From positions 12,234 through 76,233 of the IMG/VR virus record IMGVR_UViG_3300005805_000073: DNA of 64,000 nt. The stretch is one strand, 5' to 3'. Position numbers and translations under genes: made by a program. Origin of the DNA: a virus (Duplodnaviria; Caudoviricetes). Below, piece by piece: positions 39,165-48,206 of the stretch (position 1 is its first letter; the number at the start of each line of letters is the position of its first letter). A model generated the notes under the pieces. The model saw only the letters and a list, made by a program, of their open reading frames with translations. It made no database searches and was not told where the DNA came from.

Positions 39165-40612
39165 AAAACCTTTACGTTATATTTTTCACTAAATTCAATG
39201 GCATCTTTTCTGTTATTCACCATGGGCTTGCCTTTGATGTTCAAGCTGGTGTTCAACACCATGGGACACCCTGTTTCACGATACCATTCTTGAAGAAATT
39301 CATAGAAATCAGGAGAATCCGTTTTGGATACTGTTTGTACTCTGGAAGTTCCATCAGCATGAATAATGGCAGGGAAGGCTAATGGATGTTTACACACGGC
39401 CGTGTATTGCATATACGGGCTTTCTGCTGTAGGCATATGAAAATATTCATGTGCATGTTCAGCTAGGATGGCAGGTGCAAATGGACGGAACTTCTGACGT
39501 TTCTTGATGGCATTCACCTTGTCTTTGATGTCATCACCACGTGGGTCAGCCAACAAACTTCTATGACCTAGTGCTCTGGGACCGAACTCAGCTCTTCCGG
39601 ATGCCACACCTGCAATTTTATCTTGTTGCAATGTTTCAATTAATTGTTCTGTGGGATATTTTATACCCATATCATAACCAAGATATGGCCCATGCCAATT
39701 TAAAAATTCTTGTTGATGTGCTGTGATTGCACCCAAACTATTGCCAGCATCTCCTGGATTTGGCATGATCCAAACTCTTTCAAAATACTGAAAGGCTATG
39801 CTATTAGCCACACAATTTAAAGCACACCCCCCGCCTAATACTAGATTTTTGCTGCCAGTCAATTTCTTAGCTTCATCTAATAAATCATGCAGATACAGCT
39901 CATATACGAATTGTGTGGCAGCAGCAATATCATACATATCTTGTTCAGTATGTAACTCAGGTCTCCACCACATACAACCACGATGAAGATTATGATTGAA
40001 TTTTAGAATATGTCGGCTGTCAAAAAAATCTTCCAGAATCATGGCTGTGTATTTCAACGGGTCACCATAGGCTGCCATGCCCATCAAGATGTATTCTTCT
40101 TCATTGGGTTTCAATCCCACACGTTGCGTCATGGCTGAGTACCACAGCCCCAAACTATGTGGATATTTGATGGAAAACTTCTTTTCCAACTTGGTTCCCT
40201 TGCCATGCCAGATGGAGGTGGTGTCAAACTCACCAATGGCATCAATTACCAACACAGCGGCTTCATCAAAATTGCTGGTGTAGTATCCGCCGGCTGCGTG
40301 ACTATGATGGTGGTCCACTGTGATGACAGGTGCCGTGATGCCATAGTTCCGAACATATTGTTTGGCATTATTGTTCACCCAACCTTGTCCAGCCTGGAGT
40401 TGGCGTAGTGACTTCATGAGAGGTCGTTCATACCAGACCACTTCATCAGGTTCACCATATCTATAGGCATCTGCCACGATGTACGCATTTAGATGAGCGT
40501 CATTCTTCACACCAGAATATCGTTCTGATTGTGAGGCAAACAATATCTCCTTGTCTTGCACCACCGTGATGGCAGCATCATGGCTATTAGCCGAAATTCC
40601 CCAAATAATCAT
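39161..40612 (-). CDS. Carbamoyltransferase (NodU/CmcH family)
   Basis: HDAA, HHHSHAA, EYILMGMAAYG, GGCALNC, GDAG, EFGPRALGHRS, FRPFAP, LNTSLN. Confidence 0.95.
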   Translation of the reverse strand: MIIWGISANSHDAAITVVQDKEILFASQSERYSGVKNDAHLNAYIVADAYRYGEPDEVVWYERPLMKSLRQLQAGQGWVNNNAKQYVRNYGITAPVITVDHHHSHAAGGYYTSNFDEAAVLVIDAIGEFDTTSIWHGKGTKLEKKFSIKYPHSLGLWYSAMTQRVGLKPNEEEYILMGMAAYGDPLKYTAMILEDFFDSRHILKFNHNLHRGCMWWRPELHTEQDMYDIAAATQFVYELYLHDLLDEAKKLTGSKNLVLGGGCALNCVANSIAFQYFERVWIMPNPGDAGNSLGAITAHQQEFLNWHGPYLGYDMGIKYPTEQLIETLQQDKIAGVASGRAEFGPRALGHRSLLADPRGDDIKDKVNAIKKRQKFRPFAPAILAEHAHEYFHMPTAESPYMQYTAVCKHPLAFPAIIHADGTSRVQTVSKTDSPDFYEFLQEWYRETGCPMVLNTSLNIKGKPMVNNRKDAIEFSEKYNVKVL

Positions 40613-42054
40613 TGTATTTTAAGTGTGACTTCCTCTTCATTCGGTAAAACTGTTTCCTTGCAGTAATGATAAAAGTCTGTATATTCTGGAAACACTTCAA
40701 GGAAATTTGTATCTCGGCGCTTATCATACTCATCAACAAACATAGCAAAATTTTTTCTGGCCCGCAAATTCTTTAAAGAATTTCCCATTTGTTCAGCACA
40801 CAAATTATATAACCTGTGCATTCTATGTATCTCATGGTCGTAAAATCCCTTATTAATAAGAGGGAACCATGTGGTTTCTTCGTGATTTCTAAACATAAAT
40901 GTCACACAATCTTCGAGGTGCTTTAAAAAGTTTTCCGTAGCAATCCAAGGAGCAAGAAATTCTGGATGTCGCAGATAAGGTGTGTCTACACTCAAAGGTA
41001 AAAGACGGTCAGGAGTTCCATATGTGTTTTTAATTTCTAGCATGTCTGCCAAGAAATCTTTAAACGTGGTTATAGATAATAAATTAAAGGTAGACATAAT
41101 TGTAACCCTAGAATTTTCCACACGTTGTAGAATCTTATGTATATTCTTTAACCAGTAATCATAATTCAGTCCAAAACGAATATACTCAGCTTTTTTACCA
41201 TATGCCTCACAACTAGTAAACACATTGATAGTTTTAACTGACTTATTTTCACTAATTATCTCCAACTTTTCGATGAATTTTTCAATAATTTCAGGGGGAC
41301 TGCCTAAATTGGAGTTGATGGAAAATTCTAATTGTGGTTGTGGATTTTCAATCAAAAAGTCCAATACCTTAAATGTGTTTTTACTTAAAAGAGGTTCTCC
41401 CCCTGTAATACGAAATGTGTGCATCTTCTTCACTGCATCTGGCCACCATTGCCAAAATGCTTCGATGTAGGGATTTTCTTCACTTTGTAAAATAGGTAGC
41501 CCTTTACCTCGTTCTAAATCACTTATGTCATTAAATGATCCCCCAAGAAGAGGATATGGACCATGCTGCTTAATCTCCTGCATCCATGTAGTAGAATATA
41601 AGGGAGAACAATAGGCACATTTAAAATTACAGGTGGTGTCGAAATCTACTTCCACGTATGTAGGGACTACATCAGCGTCCCATGGCATTTTTGCTATTTC
41701 TCTTAGATGAGGTGCTGCCCAAAATTCTGAACTTTTTGTGATACGGTCACTGTAAACATTTTCTTGCCCTTTGGTAGCATCTTCCACCCGCCAGCAATAA
41801 TCACATTCACCTGGGCGTTCTCCCTCCAACATCTGCTTTCTAAGTTCTTTCTTATACTCCGTATTGTGTAGAGCTGATGGATTTTTCTTTAGCTCATCTA
41901 ATGGAATTAAGTGCACTTTAGGATGGTGACAACTATGATTTGTCCCAGTACTCAAATGTAATGTTACTTGTAGCCATTTGGCTGCACAAAAAGAGGGACT
42001 GATGGCTTCAAGATGTCTTTTGGTGCCTTCAAAAATTGTAAGAGCCTGCTTCAT
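40609..42054 (-). CDS. Radical SAM protein with twitch-like domain (paralog 3)
   Basis: FCAAKW..HSCHHP; TCNFKCAYC; ITGGEPLL. Confidence 0.9.
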   Translation of the reverse strand: MKQALTIFEGTKRHLEAISPSFCAAKWLQVTLHLSTGTNHSCHHPKVHLIPLDELKKNPSALHNTEYKKELRKQMLEGERPGECDYCWRVEDATKGQENVYSDRITKSSEFWAAPHLREIAKMPWDADVVPTYVEVDFDTTCNFKCAYCSPLYSTTWMQEIKQHGPYPLLGGSFNDISDLERGKGLPILQSEENPYIEAFWQWWPDAVKKMHTFRITGGEPLLSKNTFKVLDFLIENPQPQLEFSINSNLGSPPEIIEKFIEKLEIISENKSVKTINVFTSCEAYGKKAEYIRFGLNYDYWLKNIHKILQRVENSRVTIMSTFNLLSITTFKDFLADMLEIKNTYGTPDRLLPLSVDTPYLRHPEFLAPWIATENFLKHLEDCVTFMFRNHEETTWFPLINKGFYDHEIHRMHRLYNLCAEQMGNSLKNLRARKNFAMFVDEYDKRRDTNFLEVFPEYTDFYHYCKETVLPNEEEVTLKIQ

Positions 42055-42068
42055 AATATCCTCAAAAG

Positions 42069-42716
42069 TTAATTTTTATATCCTATTGTCATATATCTGT
42101 GAAATTGTGTACAATCCAAGGACTTGGTATATACTATTCTTTTCAAAGAATGTACCTCATTAAATTCGTATAAGGTATTTTGACAACGTATGTGGTCAGC
42201 ACAATTGTAGAAATTATTTCCTTGTAAAACAATAGGAACGTCCTCTGGAACATCTTTTAACCAAAAATTATAATCTTCTTGCGTCATATGTTCGGTACTA
42301 GTGTTAGCTATGACCGATACATTTTTATAATTGGTAAAAAATTTTGCATTTAAGGTATAGAATTTTATTCTAGAATCCTCGCCGCACAATCTTTTTCCTA
42401 TAAATTCACATTCTGGGTCAACATCAACACTAAACACTTTGTCTAGTTTAAAATTGTCTACTAGTAGTTGTGGCAACAGACCGTACCAACCACCAATAAC
42501 ACAAGCATTTCCTGCCATATCAGGAAAATAGTTTTTCAGAACATTTATTAACCAGGCCTTGCTGCGTACTTGACTAGACCAAAAATTTTCTAGAATACGA
42601 AATTGTGTTTTGGAGCTATTACCTTCAGTTCTGATTAAATCCATCCAATTAATGATTCTTTTACTTGAAATGTTAATCGAATCAAAAAAATCTGCATCTA
42701 ATTCTTGTAGGTTCAT
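42069..42716 (-). CDS. Class I SAM-dependent methyltransferase-like protein
   Basis: VIGGWYG, VDVD, ANTSTEHM. Confidence 0.6.
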   Translation of the reverse strand: MNLQELDADFFDSINISSKRIINWMDLIRTEGNSSKTQFRILENFWSSQVRSKAWLINVLKNYFPDMAGNACVIGGWYGLLPQLLVDNFKLDKVFSVDVDPECEFIGKRLCGEDSRIKFYTLNAKFFTNYKNVSVIANTSTEHMTQEDYNFWLKDVPEDVPIVLQGNNFYNCADHIRCQNTLYEFNEVHSLKRIVYTKSLDCTQFHRYMTIGYKN

Positions 42717-42719
42717 AAT

Positions 42720-42833
42720 TTAATGATAGATGAAAGGATCTCGCTTCTTCAATTCTTCAAGTTTTCTCTTGGTTTTGTATGCCATCAACTTTTTCAACAG
42801 CACATCTACAATTTTATCAATAATTTTCATCAT
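42720..42833 (-). CDS. 37-aa hypothetical protein (not in the ORF track)
   Basis: MMKIIDKIVDVLLKKLMAYKTKRKLEELKKRDPFIYH; overlaps the guaC stop. Confidence 0.6.
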   Translation of the reverse strand: MMKIIDKIVDVLLKKLMAYKTKRKLEELKKRDPFIYH

Positions 42834-43849
42834 CGCACCGTGTATTGCTCCAATGAGCGGTTCAGTTGGTTGTTTACTTGTATGAATTGTGACTTTTCGG
42901 ACAATTCAGAAATATTTAGTGCTCCTACATAGGCACAAGTGGAACGAATTCCACCCAAAATATCAGAAATGGTGTGTTCCACCAAGCCTTTGTATGGGAT
43001 TTGTACCACTCTACCCTCGGAAGCACGGTATTTCTTCACTTGATTGTGTCGCTGTTGGGCTGCATGACTGCTCATCCCGTAAAAAGTGACTTTTCCATCA
43101 CGAATTTCCTGTTCCGACTCATCATGACCGGCAAAAATACTGCCGGCCATCACCATTTTAGCTCCCACAGCCAAAGCTTTTGAGAAATCTCCGGGAAAAA
43201 CACAACCTCCATCACTTTGCACCCCACCTCCCACCTCTTCAGCGGCAGGAACACACTCCATGAGAGCGGAAAATTGAGGATATCCCACACCTGCCACACG
43301 CCGAGTGGTGCAAACAGCGCCAGTCCCAATGCCAACCCGAGCCAAATCAGCTCCAGATGTGATGCAACGTTGAACTGCTTCAGGTGTCACCACGGTTCCT
43401 GCCATGATGAAGGCATCTGGAACACATTCTCTAACCTTTTCAATGAAATTATAGAAAGGATTCATGTATCCATTAGCCACATCAATGACAATTTTTGGAA
43501 TGAAGTTGGGAATTCTGTCCTTCCAGGTACTAATAATGGCATCTGCTTGGTTCAATTCACCATCATTCATGCCAATGGTGATGAACGCATGGCTGACATC
43601 CTGTTGATGCACCCAATCTGCCAAGGTGTGATGCTTGGTGATGGCAGTAAATGCACCGAATTTCTTCAAGGCATGATGCATGCTGAACGTACCCACACCA
43701 TCCATGTTGGCAACAATCACGGGAACACCGGTGATAGATGCTCCCCAACGACCTGAAATCGTTGTGGATACATCCACCTGGCTTCTGGAAGTGATATCCG
43801 AGAATTGTGGCACAATCAACACATCATCAAAATCCAACTTCACCGTCAT
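42830..43849 (-). CDS. guaC: GMP reductase
   Basis: LDFDDVLIVP, ANMDGVG, DVANGY, VGIGTGAVCTTR, SDGGC, FYGMSS, ASEG, LGGIRSTCAY. Confidence 0.95.
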   Translation of the reverse strand: MTVKLDFDDVLIVPQFSDITSRSQVDVSTTISGRWGASITGVPVIVANMDGVGTFSMHHALKKFGAFTAITKHHTLADWVHQQDVSHAFITIGMNDGELNQADAIISTWKDRIPNFIPKIVIDVANGYMNPFYNFIEKVRECVPDAFIMAGTVVTPEAVQRCITSGADLARVGIGTGAVCTTRRVAGVGYPQFSALMECVPAAEEVGGGVQSDGGCVFPGDFSKALAVGAKMVMAGSIFAGHDESEQEIRDGKVTFYGMSSHAAQQRHNQVKKYRASEGRVVQIPYKGLVEHTISDILGGIRSTCAYVGALNISELSEKSQFIQVNNQLNRSLEQYTVR

Positions 43850-43850
43850 A

Positions 43851-44111
43851 TTATAGAACCTTTTTAGTTACTGTCTCGTAAAGCTTTTCAAAATCCTTAT
43901 GCAATTCCACTTCTTCATTAAAATTTCCCTTGTGATAGGTGCGCGCCAGCTTATTCAACACCTTCCGATTCAGTTGCAAAGCATCACAAATGTCATCCTT
44001 TAGATTTTTAATGAGGTCTCGTTCTGCCTCAACACGGGACATACTGGCGGAAATTTCCTTTAATGCATCAAGTAGCTTAAGTTTTTCTTCAGGGGTTGCA
44101 GTCAAGTTCAT
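43851..44111 (-). CDS. Small dsDNA-binding protein, T4 DsbA-like
   Basis: LKEISASMSRVEAERDLIK..KLARTYHKGNF..FEKLYE. Confidence 0.6.
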   Translation of the reverse strand: MNLTATPEEKLKLLDALKEISASMSRVEAERDLIKNLKDDICDALQLNRKVLNKLARTYHKGNFNEEVELHKDFEKLYETVTKKVL

Positions 44112-44598
44112 TGTTTATTTTCCTCAAGTCAAAGTTGGGTCCTGGGTCATGTTTTCTCCCTCTGGGCCATGCAATTTCTGCATGTGTAAGTATGGGATAG
44201 TTGTTTGAATCAGGATACCGTAAGTTAATATAATCTAATAATTTTTTCAAGCCCTTATATTGATTACAGGTGTATTCCATGAAATTTACGCCCTGTAATG
44301 CTATACCTATACTAAAATTGTTCCAACCTGATATACCATTCCAGGAAGTAATGCCTGCATGTTTTGCGACATACCGTAAATCCATAAATTGATGTATGGA
44401 GCCGTCACGTTGTATGAAATAGTGGTATGCCAATTTTCTTGTCCTGAGAACCAGTCTCGTACTAATGGCATTTAAATTTCCTCCGTCATTATGTATCACA
44501 ATGTAATTACGTGTAGTGTCGCGTGGTGTTTTACTCGGCAAGAAATTCTTTGTTACCGCTGGTGCTTGGAGTTGTAGTATCAGTAGTAGTTGTAGCAT
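44089..44598 (-). CDS. N-acetylmuramoyl-L-alanine amidase (Amidase_2)
   Basis: IVIHND, AYHYFI, AKHAG, NNFSIGI, THAEIA..RKHDPG. Confidence 0.88.
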   Translation of the reverse strand: MLQLLLILQLQAPAVTKNFLPSKTPRDTTRNYIVIHNDGGNLNAISTRLVLRTRKLAYHYFIQRDGSIHQFMDLRYVAKHAGITSWNGISGWNNFSIGIALQGVNFMEYTCNQYKGLKKLLDYINLRYPDSNNYPILTHAEIAWPRGRKHDPGPNFDLRKINNELDCNP

Positions 44599-44785
44599 GG
44601 AGTTCCTCCTTGTCTGGTACGATGAACCATGCTATAACATAACCTAATATTGCTGGGAATGGAGTCCAAATAGCGGCCACCCACACAAAACGTATTAGTG
44701 TGACATCTATCTCCCACATATCGCTCAATCCTGCACACAGTCCACCTAGTTTGCCCTTCTTTTTGTCACGATACCAACGCTTCAT
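44531..44785 (-). CDS. pspC: PspC-domain membrane protein
   Basis: WYRDKKKGKLGGLCAGLSDMWEIDVTLIR..YVIAWFIVP. Confidence 0.88.
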   Translation of the reverse strand: MKRWYRDKKKGKLGGLCAGLSDMWEIDVTLIRFVWVAAIWTPFPAILGYVIAWFIVPDKEELHATTTTDTTTPSTSGNKEFLAE

Positions 44786-45678
44786 AATACCTCCAGATAT
44801 TTAAAATAGGCTAGTTCTTTTGCCTTGGTCTCCAAATCAACATCAATATTTAGTCCATAATCATCAATCTTTTTGAACGCATAGTCGGAGTGAGCTCGGG
44901 GATTACCTTCCACATTTTCGTTTAAATTTTTGCTTTCACTGTAATGAAACAAAGGTGTGGTATCCCAGGTAGATGCTGCCAACTCAGCTGCTTGTTGAGA
45001 AGTCAACCCAGCTGGGTGAAATGTGTGATGAAAATAATCAAATGTGATGGGTGTCTTGATACGAGAATAAATTTCCTCGTACAATTGCTTCACAGAAAAA
45101 GAGTTGGCTTTGTCATCATTCTCTACAACTAACCGTTGTTGTGTAGCACTGTTTAGATTTTGAAACTGCTCACAGAACCGGTCAATAATGTCCTGAGAAT
45201 AATTCATACCTACATGAATGTTCAAAGGATAATAATGGCTTACAGGAATACCCATCATGTCAAACAACAGATTATGATGTTGTAAATCATGAATGGACCT
45301 ACGGACCACCTCTGATTTACTAGACGCTAACTTTACAAAATGGTCAGGATGAAAACTTACACGTTGACCCGACATCTTGACAATTTCTCCAGCAAGCTGT
45401 AGTTGTTCAACAATGTCCATATGATTAGGTAGGTCAGTTACTTCATATTCAGAATTCCATGGGTAAATATTGCTACCAATACGAAATACCTGGACGCTAT
45501 TTGTGGCATTCCATTTTAGAATGGTAACTAAATCTTTCGCGTTCTGTAAGGCTAGCAAGGACGTGCGTTCAAGCTTTGTGTCCTGTTTGAAAGAAGCTTG
45601 GCGCAACGTCCGGCCAGTAGTTATTTTTTGTTTACCTAATGTGAGATTGATACAGCAGTACCCAACACGATGTGGCAT
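44782..45678 (-). CDS. uvsE: UV-damage endonuclease (UvsE/UvdE)
   Basis: VGYCCI, FRIGS, RVSFHPDHF, RLVVENDD, FDYFHH, HYSES, AHSD, LETKAKE. Confidence 0.93.
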   Translation of the reverse strand: MPHRVGYCCINLTLGKQKITTGRTLRQASFKQDTKLERTSLLALQNAKDLVTILKWNATNSVQVFRIGSNIYPWNSEYEVTDLPNHMDIVEQLQLAGEIVKMSGQRVSFHPDHFVKLASSKSEVVRRSIHDLQHHNLLFDMMGIPVSHYYPLNIHVGMNYSQDIIDRFCEQFQNLNSATQQRLVVENDDKANSFSVKQLYEEIYSRIKTPITFDYFHHTFHPAGLTSQQAAELAASTWDTTPLFHYSESKNLNENVEGNPRAHSDYAFKKIDDYGLNIDVDLETKAKELAYFKYLEVL

Positions 45679-45717
45679 AACACCTCACTTGAAGTCATAC
45701 TGAAATATAACACTTTG

Positions 45718-46275
45718 TTATGTGGAAGTCAAGTCCTGAATACCACATTTTCTAAAGGCCCAGGCGCGTTCTCGGCACTGCCAACACTGGCGACAGCGGC
45801 CAATAGCTCTTTCCGTACAGGTGTGTGTTAATGGTAACAAGTCCATCACATCATGTTCCATATACAATTTCAGGATGTCAATCTTGGTCAGATGAAAGAA
45901 TGGATATATGGCTCTTTCACTTTTCATCTGAATTCTTTTTGGTCCCTCTGGTAATTCATCTTCTGGATAACTGTTATCACCTATGTAAAAAGAATCACAC
46001 AAATTGTGTCGCACCACACGATTAATGGCATCACCTAGTATCATTTCATGCGATAAATCTGGATTTCCTAACACAACGGGAGAATGAATACAGGAGTTGG
46101 TTTTGTTAATCACCCAATCAATGATGGGTTGCACATATGTGGTCGCACCATCATGTTTAGGCACCGTGAATGGTTGAATACATGATGGTGTTTTCTGGGC
46201 CACAAGATATAGAAGAAGTGCACTATCCATGCCGCCGGATAAAAAAATGCCTACTCTATGTTCTGCTGTATGCAT
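45718..46275 (-). CDS. QueC-like PP-loop ATPase (paralog 2)
   Basis: SGGMDS; THTC..CRQCWQCRER. Confidence 0.78.
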   Translation of the reverse strand: MHTAEHRVGIFLSGGMDSALLLYLVAQKTPSCIQPFTVPKHDGATTYVQPIIDWVINKTNSCIHSPVVLGNPDLSHEMILGDAINRVVRHNLCDSFYIGDNSYPEDELPEGPKRIQMKSERAIYPFFHLTKIDILKLYMEHDVMDLLPLTHTCTERAIGRCRQCWQCRERAWAFRKCGIQDLTST

Positions 46276-46281
46276 TACTTC

Positions 46282-46374
46282 TTAGCGCTTCTTCCGATTG
46301 GAACGGTTCTTTCGTTTCTTGCTACCAATCTTTCTGCGACCACGGCGTGGTCGGTTCTTATGCGGATGTGGCAT
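46282..46374 (-). CDS. 30-aa highly basic peptide (not in the ORF track)
   Basis: MPHPHKNRPRRGRRKIGSKKRKNRSNRKKR with AAGGAG 6 nt upstream of the ATG. Confidence 0.7.
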   Translation of the reverse strand: MPHPHKNRPRRGRRKIGSKKRKNRSNRKKR

Positions 46375-46412
46375 ATTCTACTCCTTGTCTTGTGGCTTGT
46401 TCTTTGATGGCT

Positions 46413-46625
46413 TCAACATGCTGTCCACTCAATTCTGTTGCCATCTTCATCAATTCTGGGAAATTCTCCTTCGTGAGTTTCATTTCGTTTGGGTGCATCA
46501 TATAATCCTATCTCCTGTGAAAATGCAGTTAATTCATCTGCTTTGTTAAAAATTCTATCCCAATTATCATCAAACTGTTTCTTGTTAACACTCAATGGTC
46601 GAGGACTATCACCTTTGCCGTTCAT
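46413..46625 (-). CDS. Small hypothetical protein
   Basis: GKGDSPRPLSV..FDDNWDRIF, a motif I recall from T4-like phage ORFs. Confidence 0.6.
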   Translation of the reverse strand: MNGKGDSPRPLSVNKKQFDDNWDRIFNKADELTAFSQEIGLYDAPKRNETHEGEFPRIDEDGNRIEWTAC

Positions 46626-47226
46626 AAACACTCTCAAATAACTGGTTGAACTGATTCACATCCTGTAACATTTCTTCATCACTATATTTAGATGGATTGT
46701 AACGATATTGATTTTTTACAATAGGCAAATTTAATGCTTCATTTATCATGAATGGATTATTAAGAATATCTAAATCATAGAAACTATAGTCACACCTAGA
46801 TTCAAAATTCATATGCTTATAGTAATAATCTAATCGTTCTTGTATCTCCTGTTCAGATATTACCAATGTACCAACGTAAGGATATCGGACATCTTTATTT
46901 GCATAAGAATCGGTTTGTTTGGCTACAACGTTTTTTAACACATATCTTCGAATATCCTTAGGTTTGATAAAAACCGTTTTATATTTACTATTCAATATAT
47001 TTTCTACCATGTCCCAACTGTGATTGGAAATGATTTTAATCAAAGGTAAATCAACTATAACCTTTTCATATTTTTCCTGTATCTGTTCCGGTGTGTTGTA
47101 TCTAGGATTGAAAATAGAGCTAGCAAAGGAACTACGATTTTTAAAATCCAAGAACACCAACCCTGCATGAATTTGATGCCAGGTGAAGGTGGATGCTGTT
47201 CTAGGTAATGATATAATGCAATACAT
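46609..47226 (-). CDS. Hypothetical protein (possible sulfotransferase/P-loop-like)
   Basis: N-terminal SLPRTAST resembles a PAPS-binding loop. Confidence 0.4.
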   Translation of the reverse strand: MYCIISLPRTASTFTWHQIHAGLVFLDFKNRSSFASSIFNPRYNTPEQIQEKYEKVIVDLPLIKIISNHSWDMVENILNSKYKTVFIKPKDIRRYVLKNVVAKQTDSYANKDVRYPYVGTLVISEQEIQERLDYYYKHMNFESRCDYSFYDLDILNNPFMINEALNLPIVKNQYRYNPSKYSDEEMLQDVNQFNQLFESVYERQR

Positions 47227-47441
47227 TAGTCACCTTTTTTTTCTAAACCAAAATTTATATACTTATACCAAACACGTTCATGAATGAAGTATATTATAGG
47301 CTTTATTATTAATTCAACAACACCTGCGATGGATGAAATGTAAATGCTACCTGTAAGAATATATCCTATTATTACTGTCTGTAAACTTCCTAGTATCCTA
47401 TACGAAATGGATTTTGCAATATGCCGTTTTACATGAACCAT
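47226..47441 (-). CDS. DUF2061-like small membrane protein
   Basis: RHIAKSISYR..YFIHERVWY. Confidence 0.82.
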   Translation of the reverse strand: MVHVKRHIAKSISYRILGSLQTVIIGYILTGSIYISSIAGVVELIIKPIIYFIHERVWYKYINFGLEKKGD

Positions 47442-48206
47442 TTACCTACCCATCTCCTTACGAATCTTGGTTGCTGAGATGTTTTCTATCTCGGCATCAA
47501 GTGAAATTTTCTCAACTTCATATCCCACATCTCTTCCGTAATACACACCACAGATGTTAGGTGCCTGAATGACAATATATTTGTTATTGTATTCCTTTAA
47601 TGCCTCATGAATTCTATTTTTCACAAAGATGAAGTCAAATGGATTCTTTTCATCAGTGCCATGAGTATCACGAACCATAATCATCACTTGTCCTTGCTTC
47701 TTCAAAATCTCCTCGAACAGCTTCTTATGACCATCATGGAAAGGTTGGAATCTTCCAATCATTAGTCCTGTAGGCTTTTTGTTGTCAAAGGCAATACCCA
47801 TGTTGATACGCCACATAATATCCTTTACTTGATCCTCAACAACTCCCCACTCGGTAATCACATAGTCGGGATGTATAGGGCGTTCAAATGCTCGGTTGGT
47901 ATCCTCAAACCGCCCTTCTGAAATAGTATCCATGAAGATGGTAAAATCAGCAGAATAGTGTCTCCGAGTTTCCTCAGTGGGACATACAAAGTCTGCTACT
48001 ACGTGTTTTTCGTAATCTTCTGCCACCCAGGCCAGGTCTGCCATACGTTGTGCTTGTCGAACTCGACCTTCATTGGTGAAATCCCAATCATTATATTGTT
48101 TGCGAACTTCATCAGCATTTAAATACACAGCATCTAACTTTTCGGCTAACACTTTTGATAACGTGGTCTTACCTGAGCCAGGAAGACCCATCACTAAAAT
48201 TCTCAT
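47442..48206 (-). CDS. Adenylylsulfate kinase-like domain fused to a cytidylyltransferase-like (HxGH) domain
   Basis: GLPGSGKT..ADEVR..DFVCP; GRFQPFHDGH..SATKIR. Confidence 0.82.
   Translation of the reverse strand: MRILVMGLPGSGKTTLSKVLAEKLDAVYLNADEVRKQYNDWDFTNEGRVRQAQRMADLAWVAEDYEKHVVADFVCPTEETRRHYSADFTIFMDTISEGRFEDTNRAFERPIHPDYVITEWGVVEDQVKDIMWRINMGIAFDNKKPTGLMIGRFQPFHDGHKKLFEEILKKQGQVMIMVRDTHGTDEKNPFDFIFVKNRIHEALKEYNNKYIVIQAPNICGVYYGRDVGYEVEKISLDAEIENISATKIRKEMGR

Noticed and set aside
43217-43756. 179-aa plus-strand ORF
   Set aside because: Antisense to guaC, with no motifs.
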